Positions 45,520-54,287 of a DNA stretch of 64,000 nucleotides are shown here, one piece after another. The DNA lies in the IMG/VR virus record IMGVR_UViG_3300009500_000011, positions 104,585-168,584 of that record; one strand, written 5' to 3'. Within the stretch, counting starts at the first letter, position 1, and every line of letters starts with the position of its first letter. The DNA comes from a virus. Its lineage: Duplodnaviria; Heunggongvirae; Uroviricota; Caudoviricetes. Below the pieces are notes generated by a model. That model was not told the origin of the DNA. It worked only from the letters and a program-made list of their open reading frames with translations, and made no database searches. The translations under genes and the position numbers were made by a program.

Positions 45520-47205
45520 ATGAAATACAATACTAAAACAGTAAATGCTGGTCCAGGAACAAAAATGATAAATCTTGCAGGCGGAGAAGCTTTTAAAGTT
45601 GATAATCGTACTGCATTATATTTAACTTCTGCAACTTCTTTAGGTGGCGGTCAAGGAAATAAATATTATGTTTCTGCAAATCAAGAATACAAAAATATTC
45701 TTGAACTAATTGAAAAGGTTTCCGCTCAAGACCCAGAATTTATTTTCCAATTGGCTGCATATTGTCGTCAAGATTTATACCTTCGTAGTATTCCAACGGT
45801 ATTATTTATCGAAGGTATTCGTGCAATGCATAAGCAAAAAAAGGCCAATGCACCATATCCAGTAGATGCATCTAAGTATGCAAATGCTATTTTTGGTCGT
45901 GCTGATGAAATTGTTGAAGCAGTTGCATATTGGCTTGGAGTTGAAGGCCATCACAAATTGCCTTCCCCTCTTCGTAAATCTTTGACCATTGCTTTAAATT
46001 CATTTGATGAATACCGCTTGCTTAAATATAATCAAGAAGATAAGCAAGTTACATTTAAAGATATTGTTCGTCTTGTGCATCCAGAACCAAAAACTGATGT
46101 GCAAAGTGCAATTTTCAAATACTTCATCAAGGATGAAATCAGTCCAGAATTAATGCCAAAGGCAACTGCCCGCAAGGCTTTGCTTTCACGTACTCAATTT
46201 GATGAAGAAGCACAACGCTTGATGAGAGATTCATCTGCTACTTGGGAAACTGTAATTGCTAAATTCGGTTCGACTAAAGAAATTTGGGAAGCAGTTATTC
46301 CAAATATGGGATACATGGCTTTATTACGTAATCTTAATAATTTTCTTAAAAAAGAAGTAGATTTAGATTTAGTAATTCCTCGCCTTGTGAATCCGCAAGA
46401 AATTCGTAAAAGCAAGCAATTGCCTTTCCGTTTTTACACAGCAATGAAACAACTTGGTGTAGAAGATAACAATAAGAATTCTACGATGACATATTATGGA
46501 TATTCCGATTCAGTAAAAACAGCATTTGAAAAATGGCGTAATGTAAATTCTAGCGATGGAATTTCTCGTTTACGTAATGCTCTTGGTGTTGCTATGAATA
46601 TTGCAGTAGAAAATGTTCCTCACCTTTCAGGTCGTACCGTTGTTGCGGCAGACCTTTCTGGTTCTATGAGTCAACCTCTTAATAACAAATCAAATGTAAC
46701 TTATCGTGAAATCGCTTGTATTATGGCTGGTATTGCTGGTTCAATAGCACCAGATAATGTAATTTGTGGATTTGGTTGTTCATTTGCTGTTGCTAAAAAA
46801 GGCAAAGATATTCTTGAAACTGCAAATAATATTGATAAATTAAATGTTGGAATGTCAACGGATGCATGGCGTATTCTTGATTACTTGCTTACAAACAAAA
46901 TTTTTGTAGATAGAGTCATGTATTTTACAGATACACAATGTTATAATTCATATGGGGGCGCAAATTTAAACGAACTTTGGAAAAAATACAAAGTTCTTTG
47001 CCAATCAACTGGTAAAAAAGTTCCTGTTCTTTATGAAGTAAATCTTGCAGGTGGTAATACATCTAGTTTTAATTCTGAACAAAGAGTTGCTACCATTGGT
47101 GGATGGTCTGAAAGAATTTTTGATTTAATTACTACTTATGAAACTGACCCTCGTCAAGCAATAAGTAAAATTAAAGAAAAATATTCAGATTTAGTATCTG
47201 TTTAA
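45520..47205 (+). CDS. rsr: Ro60 (Rsr) ortholog: TROVE module + C-terminal vWA domain
   Basis: GGGQGNKYYVS, FQLAAYCRQD, ALLRNLNNF, LPFRFYTAMKQL and vWA MIDAS VVAADLSGSMSQ align with conserved Ro60 blocks; ATG 45520 with RBS AAAGGAAAAAAGAATG (track start 45439 is upstream read-through). Confidence 0.8.
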   Translation: MKYNTKTVNAGPGTKMINLAGGEAFKVDNRTALYLTSATSLGGGQGNKYYVSANQEYKNILELIEKVSAQDPEFIFQLAAYCRQDLYLRSIPTVLFIEGIRAMHKQKKANAPYPVDASKYANAIFGRADEIVEAVAYWLGVEGHHKLPSPLRKSLTIALNSFDEYRLLKYNQEDKQVTFKDIVRLVHPEPKTDVQSAIFKYFIKDEISPELMPKATARKALLSRTQFDEEAQRLMRDSSATWETVIAKFGSTKEIWEAVIPNMGYMALLRNLNNFLKKEVDLDLVIPRLVNPQEIRKSKQLPFRFYTAMKQLGVEDNNKNSTMTYYGYSDSVKTAFEKWRNVNSSDGISRLRNALGVAMNIAVENVPHLSGRTVVAADLSGSMSQPLNNKSNVTYREIACIMAGIAGSIAPDNVICGFGCSFAVAKKGKDILETANNIDKLNVGMSTDAWRILDYLLTNKIFVDRVMYFTDTQCYNSYGGANLNELWKKYKVLCQSTGKKVPVLYEVNLAGGNTSSFNSEQRVATIGGWSERIFDLITTYETDPRQAISKIKEKYSDLVSV

Positions 47206-47282
47206 TAATGAAGGGGTAGGGGAAATCTTACCCCTTCGTTATATAATTAGACTATATAAACTTTAATAAAAGGAATGATTTT

Positions 47283-47858
47283 ATGATTTCTTGTTGCGAT
47301 GAATGTGTAAATTATGTTGAGTGTGATAAATGTGAAGGATGTTATGAGTGTGATTCTTGTATTTGTTCGCAATCAAACTCTGGAGAAGAAGACTTTGTGG
47401 CAGAACTTCCTGATGCACCATTTGAAACTTATTATGCTCAAGATGGTTTAATTTCTTTTGGCGCATATTTAGACATTATCTTAATGTATAAAAAATTATT
47501 TTCACCTAATTTAGAAAATTCATTAAGTGTAAATGAAATGTCTATTAATTCTATGCGTGAATTTATTTGGGAAAAACTAAAAGAGCTTTCAACAGAAAAT
47601 GATGAATTTAAAGAATCTGTCGTAAATACTCAACAAAATGTTGATAAAATGCGATTAGAGTTTGAAGCAAATAAAAATAAAATGCAAAGCTTAGAGCAAG
47701 AAAACGTTAATCTTGGTAAAAATATGATTGACAAAGATGCTGAACTTGAAAGATTAAGACGAGAAATAGATACTTTAAAGAGTGAACTTAGAGTTGCCCG
47801 TGGAGTCAATTATTTTCAATCACATAATATTAAAACGGAAGACATGAAGCATGAATGA
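47283..47858 (+). CDS. Cys-rich N-terminus plus coiled-coil protein
   Basis: CCDECVNYVECDKCEGCYECDSCIC then heptad-rich region. Confidence 0.5.
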   Translation: MISCCDECVNYVECDKCEGCYECDSCICSQSNSGEEDFVAELPDAPFETYYAQDGLISFGAYLDIILMYKKLFSPNLENSLSVNEMSINSMREFIWEKLKELSTENDEFKESVVNTQQNVDKMRLEFEANKNKMQSLEQENVNLGKNMIDKDAELERLRREIDTLKSELRVARGVNYFQSHNIKTEDMKHE

Positions 47859-48468
47859 AAATAAAAAATACACAGGCATAATTTTTGTTGGTCCTCTTGG
47901 TTCAGGGAAAGATTTTATTTTATCTCGTATTCGTAAAGCTTTTGATGAAAGTTTGACAGAATATCATGTCTGGAATGTTGGAGATTATTATTATAAGCAT
48001 TTAGGCAAACAAATTAATAAATCCGTTAAATATATTGTTGATAATAAAGCTCGTTTTAGAAGTCAACTGCAAGCAATAGGAACAACTCCATCTATTGTTG
48101 AACAAGGTGTTGCGTATTCACTCGGGAAATATCAAGACCTTAGTGCTTGGGGTGTCTTACCTGTTTTAACAGGTAGATTAAAAAATGAAGTTATTGCTTT
48201 AAAAGAATTAGGTATTGCAGTTATTTTTGTTAAAACTTCTGTTGAAACAAGAGCAAGACGTATATATCAAAGAGACGGAAAATTTCCTTCTGAATCCCAA
48301 TTAAATCATCCAGTAGAACCTAAATTTGAAGATTTTGAAGAATTGGCAGATGCAGTAATCATAAATGAAGATGAATCTGGAGATTTTTATGTAAAATTTA
48401 ATCCCGATGTTAATGCATTAACATATCTTAATAAATCATGTCAAGGCAAACTTATTTTTGACATTTAA
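47851..48468 (+). CDS. P-loop kinase (dNMP kinase / polynucleotide kinase-like)
   Basis: IIFVGPLGSGKDF Walker A. Confidence 0.55.
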   Translation: MNENKKYTGIIFVGPLGSGKDFILSRIRKAFDESLTEYHVWNVGDYYYKHLGKQINKSVKYIVDNKARFRSQLQAIGTTPSIVEQGVAYSLGKYQDLSAWGVLPVLTGRLKNEVIALKELGIAVIFVKTSVETRARRIYQRDGKFPSESQLNHPVEPKFEDFEELADAVIINEDESGDFYVKFNPDVNALTYLNKSCQGKLIFDI

Positions 48469-48495
48469 TGTGTTTTATGATATAGAGAAATAGTT

Positions 48496-49146
48496 ATGGA
48501 AACTCAAAAAACCTTCTTTACTAGTGATAATCACTTCAATCATGAGAATATAATTAAATTTTGTTTTCGTGGTTATGGTTCTTATGAAGAAAGAAAAAAT
48601 AACCCAGAACTTCATTTCAAATCAATAGGTGAAATGAATGAAATTATGGTTCAACGTTGGAATGAAGTGGTTGGACCAACCGATACTGTATATGTACTCG
48701 GTGATTTTGCTATGGGTGATAAATATAAGTCTGTTGAATATTTTAATAGGCTAAATGGAACAAAACATCTAGTTCTTGGAAATCATGATTGTAGTAACTT
48801 TGTCAAAAAAGAAGTTCACCCTGCAATCCTTGAAATGGGTTTTGCTTCAATTACTGAAGAACTATACGCAAAAATAGATGGTCGAAATGTATGGATGGCT
48901 CACATTCCATATGGTCATAATAATGATAAACGTAACTATCTTCGTGAAAAAGTTAAGCCAGGTTTTTCTCTTAAAAAAGATGTTATTCTAAGTGGCCATG
49001 TACATGATAAATGGATTATAAATAATCATAATTCCATTAATGTGGGAACAGATGTTTGGGATTTTTACCCTCAAACCTTGTCTCAACTTCTGGAAAAAAC
49101 AAAAGACCTTCCTCGTTTTGATTCTTCAATATTTCTTCCTGTTTAA
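48496..49146 (+). CDS. calcineurin-like binuclear metallophosphoesterase
   Basis: TSDNHFNH; LGDFAMGD; GNHD; GHVH. Confidence 0.7.
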   Translation: METQKTFFTSDNHFNHENIIKFCFRGYGSYEERKNNPELHFKSIGEMNEIMVQRWNEVVGPTDTVYVLGDFAMGDKYKSVEYFNRLNGTKHLVLGNHDCSNFVKKEVHPAILEMGFASITEELYAKIDGRNVWMAHIPYGHNNDKRNYLREKVKPGFSLKKDVILSGHVHDKWIINNHNSINVGTDVWDFYPQTLSQLLEKTKDLPRFDSSIFLPV

Positions 49147-49147
49147 G

Positions 49148-49402
49148 ATGTGGCGACCTTTTTTCTTTTTTTCAAAGGAACCTATTGCCATTGCTAATGG
49201 TAAATTAGATGTAAACGATTATATTTGTGAAAATATGACTGATTTAAAATATGGATTTCCTACACTTTCAGATTTTAAAATAGGTCGCATGTTAGGCATG
49301 AAATATTGTAATTTATTATGGACGAGTGAAACAAGTTTTACTCCTCTTGTAATTGATTATATTAATATACATAAATTCTTTAATTTTGGTAGTGTTCCAT
49401 GA
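49148..49402 (+). CDS. hypothetical protein (track 49040..49402 trimmed to first ATG after the upstream stop)
   Basis: ATG 49148 immediately after TAA 49144-49146. Confidence 0.4.
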   Translation: MWRPFFFFSKEPIAIANGKLDVNDYICENMTDLKYGFPTLSDFKIGRMLGMKYCNLLWTSETSFTPLVIDYINIHKFFNFGSVP

Positions 49403-49680
49403 ATCTCTATTTAGCTATTTATTTAATAATTGGGTTAATATGTGTATTAATTGGTTATTTTTTTGCTGAGTATGGCGAAGGATTGGCGATAACAGCAAAA
49501 GAATTTGAAAATCAATATACAAAATATGAATATGAAAATATAAATGAATTAATCGAATATTTTCACTATCTAAAAAATAGACCATTTTTTTCAAGAGTTT
49601 TTGGAGCATTATTGTTTGTATTTATTTGGCCAATATTCTTTTTATTAGTTATATTTCAATTAATTGCTATGCAAAAATAA
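49399..49680 (+). CDS. small two-TM membrane protein
   Basis: hydrophobic N- and C-terminal helices. Confidence 0.5.
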   Translation: MNLYLAIYLIIGLICVLIGYFFAEYGEGLAITAKEFENQYTKYEYENINELIEYFHYLKNRPFFSRVFGALLFVFIWPIFFLLVIFQLIAMQK

Positions 49681-49723
49681 AAATTGTATATCTTATTAAA
49701 GACTTTAAGTTTTTTTAAGAAAT

Positions 49724-50029
49724 GTGGTGGTTGCTATGGCAAGAGATACAGTTTACATCACAATTGATATACAATTAGATTCATATGAAATAGCAAACCT
49801 ACTTTTGGCTTTAGACTATGTTCCAAAAACTGGCGAATGGTATGATAAAATTGTAAATAAAATAGCAGATGCTATGGCTCTAAAAGGTGTGAAAATAGAA
49901 GAATTTTATTATAAGCCTAATTCAGGTTTAAATTTAAAATCTGTTCATAGACACCTCGAACTTATGGAACACAAAGAAAAATATCCACATTTAAAAACAA
50001 AAAAAGTTGACAAAACTACTGAAAAGTGA
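49724..50029 (+). CDS. hypothetical protein
   Basis: ORF track. Confidence 0.5.
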   Translation: MVVAMARDTVYITIDIQLDSYEIANLLLALDYVPKTGEWYDKIVNKIADAMALKGVKIEEFYYKPNSGLNLKSVHRHLELMEHKEKYPHLKTKKVDKTTEK

Positions 50030-50046
50030 TAAAATGTAAGAATCTT

Positions 50047-50124
50047 GGTGTTTGTAGTGTAGTGGTTTTAGCACGTTAGCCTGTGAAGCTGAAAGGGCCG
50101 TTTCGAATACGGTCAAACACCCCA
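50047..50124 (+). tRNA. tRNA-His (anticodon GTG) with genomically encoded G-1 opposite C73, CCA encoded
   Basis: g(-1)+gtgtttg / caaacac+c; loop ctGTGaa. Confidence 0.7.
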
Positions 50125-50155
50125 ATTAAATCTTTCTTGAAGAAGAGAAAAATAA

Positions 50156-50284
50156 ATGCACATTATAAAAACTTACTCACCTTATCATGTTGCTTGTACA
50201 TGTAATCATCCTAAATATAAACATATTGAAGGAGCAAAATGTGTAAAAGCAGAATGTAATTGTGAGTCATTTAACCGTAAGTAA
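50156..50284 (+). CDS. 42-aa Cys-rich peptide (below track cutoff)
   Basis: ORF between two tRNAs; 6 Cys. Confidence 0.3.
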   Translation: MHIIKTYSPYHVACTCNHPKYKHIEGAKCVKAECNCESFNRK

Positions 50285-50290
50285 AATTTT

Positions 50291-50368
50291 TGCGAGTATG
50301 GTGTTTAACGGTTCAGCATGGGTGCCTTCCAAGCATTTGGTGCCGGTTCAAATCCGGCTACTCGCTCC
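50291..50368 (+). tRNA. tRNA-Gly (anticodon TCC), CCA encoded
   Basis: perfect acceptor gcgagta/tactcgc; loop ctTCCaa; T-arm gccggttcaaatccggc. Confidence 0.7.
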
Positions 50369-50387
50369 AATTATTTAAGGAATTATA

Positions 50388-50858
50388 GTGGCAAAACATA
50401 GATTAAGTTTTTTTCAACGTTTATCTGGTTTAACAACTGAACTTGATGGATATAAACTTGATGACAATGCCTACTTTATTTATAGTTATCGACCTCATAA
50501 ATTAAATGACGTTTATAGATATGAAATCACATTAGCCCAGGGCAAAATTGTTCAAATATCTACATTTGATTTTGATGATGACTTTCATCCTTACACTATT
50601 AAAACTGAAAAAATTTATCACCATATTCTGGATATTTTCAGAACAAGACAAAAAGTTACACCACTAGTTGATATTGATAGAAACATTGGTGTTAACCGAA
50701 ATAATATTTTTGTTAGTTATGATGCTGCACTTGAAAAATATGAAAAAATTGTTACTGAAACATTTTACTTTTTTAAAGATATGGAAGCAGCATCTTCATT
50801 TAAGAACCAAGCAGACGAATTGAATGCTCATCATGAATATCTTTTGAAGTTTTTGTAA
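50388..50858 (+). CDS. hypothetical protein
   Basis: ORF track. Confidence 0.5.
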   Translation: MAKHRLSFFQRLSGLTTELDGYKLDDNAYFIYSYRPHKLNDVYRYEITLAQGKIVQISTFDFDDDFHPYTIKTEKIYHHILDIFRTRQKVTPLVDIDRNIGVNRNNIFVSYDAALEKYEKIVTETFYFFKDMEAASSFKNQADELNAHHEYLLKFL

Positions 50859-51162
50859 GAGTTGTTTGCATAAAATCAAGACAATCTTTACACATTAAAA
50901 TTAATTTTGGATTTTGAAAATTTTCTTCATCAATAATTTCAACAAAATTATTTTTTTCTGTCTTGCAAAGCAAACATAAATGTGGTATTCCATCATTAAC
51001 TGCCAAAAAATATAAAGAATTGGAAAATTTTTCAACAATAATAAATGGCCTCATTTGATGAACAATTTCTCCAATATTTAAAAGATATTTTTCCATTAAA
51101 TCGAATTCTTCATCGGTACTAAACCCAGCAGATGTTCCATCGGGCTTGAATTTGAATAGCAT
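50800..51162 (-). CDS. hypothetical protein on minus strand (overlaps 3' end of 50388..50858 by ~60 nt)
   Basis: 120-aa ORF with GGAG upstream on minus strand; two CxxC pairs. Confidence 0.4.
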   Translation of the reverse strand: MLFKFKPDGTSAGFSTDEEFDLMEKYLLNIGEIVHQMRPFIIVEKFSNSLYFLAVNDGIPHLCLLCKTEKNNFVEIIDEENFQNPKLILMCKDCLDFMQTTLTKTSKDIHDEHSIRLLGS

Positions 51163-51186
51163 ATATTGTATAATCTCCTTATATAT

Positions 51187-51263
51187 GGCCGTATACCAGC
51201 CTAATTTCCTAAATTAGTAACTGTAGATGGACAAGGTAGGTTCGAATCCTATTGCGGCCTCCA
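51187..51263 (+). tRNA. tRNA-like gene: perfect acceptor and T-arm, CCU-anticodon hairpin, aberrant/absent D-arm (possible tRNA-Arg CCT variant or pseudo-tRNA)
   Basis: acceptor ggccgta/tgcggcc; hairpin ctaat/ttCCTaa/attag sits where the D-arm should be; CCA encoded. Confidence 0.35.
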
Positions 51264-51286
51264 TATAATTATAAGAAGATAATAAT

Positions 51287-51637
51287 ATGCTTGAAGATTT
51301 TAGTATTCGTGTATATCCAAATCAAAGCCTTACTCATGAAGAAGTGGTATTTTTTCTAAAAAATCGAATATTATGTTCTGATAGGATAACAAAAAAATTT
51401 ATTGCTTTAAAGAAAAAAACTATTCTAAATGGACTTTTTAGAAATTGTATAACTAGAGGTTCAAAGTGGAAACAAGCTTTTCAAACTAAAGAAGAAGCTA
51501 ATACTTTTGTTGAAAAACGATTTGGTAAAGATAAAGCATATAGTTATAAATGTGAACTTCATGGTTATCACATATCTTGCATAGATGAAAGTACGTATCG
51601 AAGAGGATATTTGAAAAGAGAAGAAGAGACGAGATAA
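51287..51637 (+). CDS. hypothetical protein
   Basis: ORF track. Confidence 0.5.
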   Translation: MLEDFSIRVYPNQSLTHEEVVFFLKNRILCSDRITKKFIALKKKTILNGLFRNCITRGSKWKQAFQTKEEANTFVEKRFGKDKAYSYKCELHGYHISCIDESTYRRGYLKREEETR

Positions 51638-51670
51638 ATTTATTGGACCTTTCTCAAAGGAAATAATAAA

Positions 51671-52426
51671 ATGCGCGCTCTTGGTTTAAAATCTTTAGTA
51701 GACCCACGTAGGGACCAATATCCAAAATTAATTTTAAAAGATGGTCCAATTCCTTCAAAAGTTGAATATGCTCCTTTATATCCTCCGGTTGATGACCAAG
51801 GAAATTTTGGTACATGTGTTGCATTTGGAACCGGCAAAGTCTTTGAATACTTTTATAATAAGCAGAACAACAAACAACTTTTAATTTCAAAACGTGCCCT
51901 TTTTTCAGAAATTAAACAAAATTTTTACCCTCATGATACTCAAGATGATGGTGCCCAAGTTTCTGATGGATTACAAATATTATCTTTAAATTACATCTTA
52001 GAATCTGATTTTCCTTATGAACCGGCTGGAGATTTTAGTCAGTTTTTACATGGGGTTCCAGCAAATCTTGAAAAAACAGATTTTAAAATAAAACATTTTG
52101 TATCGGTAAATCCCGTCATTGATGATATGAAAAATGCATTATTTCATCAAGGCCCTTTAGCTATCGGAACATCCTTTGCAAACGAATGGATGGAGATTGG
52201 TAGTGATGGTCGTTTACCTGGTTCTAATCTTACATCTGCTGGTGGACATTGCATGTCTATTACCGGATATGATGATGACTTTGTAAATCTAGATGGTTCA
52301 AAAGGTGCTTTCCATTATATTAACAATTGGTCAACTGCTTGGGGCCAAGAAGGATATGCTTGGTTGCCATATAACGTTGATACAGACTTTTTTCCAACCG
52401 ACCTTTTTACAGTTCAAGTTCAATAA
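51671..52426 (+). CDS. papain-like (C1 family) cysteine peptidase
   Basis: QGNFGTCVAFG (Gln oxyanion + Cys); GGHCMSITGYDD (His); NNWSTAWGQEGYAW (Asn-Trp). Confidence 0.75.
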   Translation: MRALGLKSLVDPRRDQYPKLILKDGPIPSKVEYAPLYPPVDDQGNFGTCVAFGTGKVFEYFYNKQNNKQLLISKRALFSEIKQNFYPHDTQDDGAQVSDGLQILSLNYILESDFPYEPAGDFSQFLHGVPANLEKTDFKIKHFVSVNPVIDDMKNALFHQGPLAIGTSFANEWMEIGSDGRLPGSNLTSAGGHCMSITGYDDDFVNLDGSKGAFHYINNWSTAWGQEGYAWLPYNVDTDFFPTDLFTVQVQ

Positions 52427-52437
52427 TAATCAAACTG

Positions 52438-52466
52438 TTGACAAAACAGAGGAAATTGATTATACT
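52438..52466 (+). promoter_or_regulatory. consensus sigma70 promoter TTGACAAAAC-17-TATACT
   Basis: ttgaca aaacagaggaaattgat tatact. Confidence 0.65.
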
Positions 52467-52471
52467 ATAGA

Positions 52472-53098
52472 TATGGTCGTAAGAGACTAGTCGCGGTCTG
52501 AAAAAAAGCCGCCTTGCGTTGACCCTCTTATCACGCCCGTAAACTCGGGACTTAGTAAGTCCTTCCAGAACAAGTCTAATAAACACTCTGGAAGGCAAAC
52601 TTGGGATATAGCAGTTTTGACTGGAAAACCAAGGGCTATAAGACAAGCAGTAGAGCATTAGGCTACTATAAAAAATGCAAACAAACAATCGCAGACTTTT
52701 CTGTAACTGGGTTCAACGACTTCATCGCTCGCGAAGCGGTCGCTGCCTAAAACCTCTCTAGGCTCGTAGAGTAATACGGGCTAAGGGAAACATAGTTTCC
52801 CTACCTTATCCGTGGGGCCACACGGAAGGTTCGATTCACGTTTCAGAGGTTACTACTCTGTAGCACCATAAACGAGAATATTACCCTTATGAATAAGGGC
52901 GACCGGAGGGCTAGGTCGTAAATGGCGCTCATTGTAGGCTGAAATTTCCTACAAAACCAAGTCCTGGTTGAGGGAATAAATATCAGGAAGCTTGTATAAT
53001 CAAATAGTTCGAAGATTCTAGGACTCGGGGGGCGGCTCCCCGAATATTCCACCAAATAATAATAAACCTTCAATGTAAAAGTTGAAGGTTTATTTATT
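52472..53098 (+). ncRNA. ~625-nt highly structured non-coding RNA; candidate ROOL/GOLLD-like large ornate phage RNA
   Basis: ORF-free on + strand; promoter at 5' end, strong terminator at 3' end; many perfect hairpins. Confidence 0.5.
53064..53098 (+). terminator. intrinsic terminator
   Basis: aaaccttcaatgtaaaagttgaaggtttatttatt. Confidence 0.7.
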
Positions 53099-53125
53099 GA
53101 CATTCTTAGGTAATTCTGATATAAT
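53097..53125 (+). promoter_or_regulatory. sigma70 promoter TTGACA-17-TATAAT driving a leaderless mRNA (ATG 7 nt after -10)
   Basis: ttgaca ttcttaggtaattctga tataat attgat ATG(53132). Confidence 0.6.
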
Positions 53126-53131
53126 ATTGAT

Positions 53132-53335
53132 ATGTACCCAATGAATATTCAAGTAATTTATAAAGATATTCCTGGTTTTAAAGGAATGGGTCGCGTTGTC
53201 GGTGTTGCATCTTATGCTTTTCCTGGAATGGGCTGCATGTATATTGTTGAAGACTTAGATGGTAATATTCCGACCAAAGAATATCCTTATAAAACTTTTA
53301 TTGTTCAAGAATCTTTATTACATTTTTGTACTTAA
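53132..53335 (+). CDS. hypothetical protein (leaderless)
   Basis: ORF track; no SD, start at predicted TSS. Confidence 0.5.
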   Translation: MYPMNIQVIYKDIPGFKGMGRVVGVASYAFPGMGCMYIVEDLDGNIPTKEYPYKTFIVQESLLHFCT

Positions 53336-53538
53336 TAAAAATGACAGTTAAAGAATTAATTTTGGGATTATCTAAATTTGACGAAAATTTTACTATTGTT
53401 ACCAGGACTGGAAAATATTATTTAGCAGATAAAGTAACAACCGTTGAAGATGGATGGTTTGATGAAGAAAATATGATTTTTTATATTGAATCTTCATTTA
53501 AAGACATAAATATTAAAAACGCTGTATTAATAGAGTGA
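53326..53538 (+). CDS. hypothetical protein; stop overlaps tRNA-Ser 5' end
   Basis: ORF track. Confidence 0.5.
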   Translation: MYLIKMTVKELILGLSKFDENFTIVTRTGKYYLADKVTTVEDGWFDEENMIFYIESSFKDINIKNAVLIE

Positions 53539-53624
53539 TGGGTGAATTGGTCAAACCACCTTCCTGCTAAGAAGGCGCGACCCCTCAAAAGGTCTTCCGG
53601 GTTCGAGTCCCGGTCACTCTGCCA
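53532..53624 (+). tRNA. tRNA-Ser (anticodon GCT), class II, CCA encoded
   Basis: perfect acceptor agagtga/tcactct; stem ccttc/gaagg; loop ctGCTaa; long variable arm; T-arm ccgggttcgagtcccgg. Confidence 0.7.
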
Positions 53625-53646
53625 ATTTAAATCTAAGAAAATTATA

Positions 53647-53868
53647 ATGCGAAATATAAATGATTCTGTTGCAATTATAGCTTATTCTCAAGATGATTAT
53701 ATTATTGTTACATCTGGAAGAATAGTAGGTATAAAAATCCATGTTACTAAACCTGATTTATATAATGTTCTTAGTATAGATGGCAACATTTATAGTGTAT
53801 CAGATGATAAAATTTTTGATTCTTTTGAATCTGCTTTAGAAATAGCCAAATCAAAACCAAATTTATAA
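53647..53868 (+). CDS. hypothetical protein (track ORF 53542 trimmed; its 5' part is the tRNA)
   Basis: first ATG downstream of tRNA-Ser. Confidence 0.45.
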   Translation: MRNINDSVAIIAYSQDDYIIVTSGRIVGIKIHVTKPDLYNVLSIDGNIYSVSDDKIFDSFESALEIAKSKPNL

Positions 53869-54287
53869 TGTCTTATAAATTATTAAAAATTATACCTGGG
53901 GCTTCAAAAGGCATAAAATTATTTAGAACAAGTAAATTTAATCGTGATGGTATGCCTAAAATAAAGCCCAAATCTAGCAAATATAGGTCTTCTATGTTTG
54001 CTTCTTATTTTATAGAACATACCCGTTGTGCTTTTAAAGGTCATGTTCCTAAACCTTCGGGTCGCAAAAATCATTTGCCAACATGTAAATATTGTTATCA
54101 TATTTTGCCTGAATATGGATACGGTTATGGATGGACAAAAGAATTAGAAATTTCTATATATGGTGAAAAGGATTGTCGTCGGTATTGTGAGAATTGCACA
54201 TCAGGTTATTATTTAAAGCCAGATTCGATTAAATGTAATAACTATTTTTGCGGTAAAGAAAGAAAATATATTATTAATCATGCATAA
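53868..54287 (+). CDS. Cys/His-rich hypothetical protein
   Basis: ORF track. Confidence 0.5.
   Translation: MSYKLLKIIPGASKGIKLFRTSKFNRDGMPKIKPKSSKYRSSMFASYFIEHTRCAFKGHVPKPSGRKNHLPTCKYCYHILPEYGYGYGWTKELEISIYGEKDCRRYCENCTSGYYLKPDSIKCNNYFCGKERKYIINHA

Noticed and set aside
52438-53098. Possible tmRNA: a reading frame ending ...AREAVAA-stop, resembling an ssrA tag
   Set aside because: No tRNA-like acceptor/T-arm pairing between 5' and 3' ends, no TPsiC loop, no CCA-adjacent acceptor, and the length is too great; a large ornate RNA is a better fit
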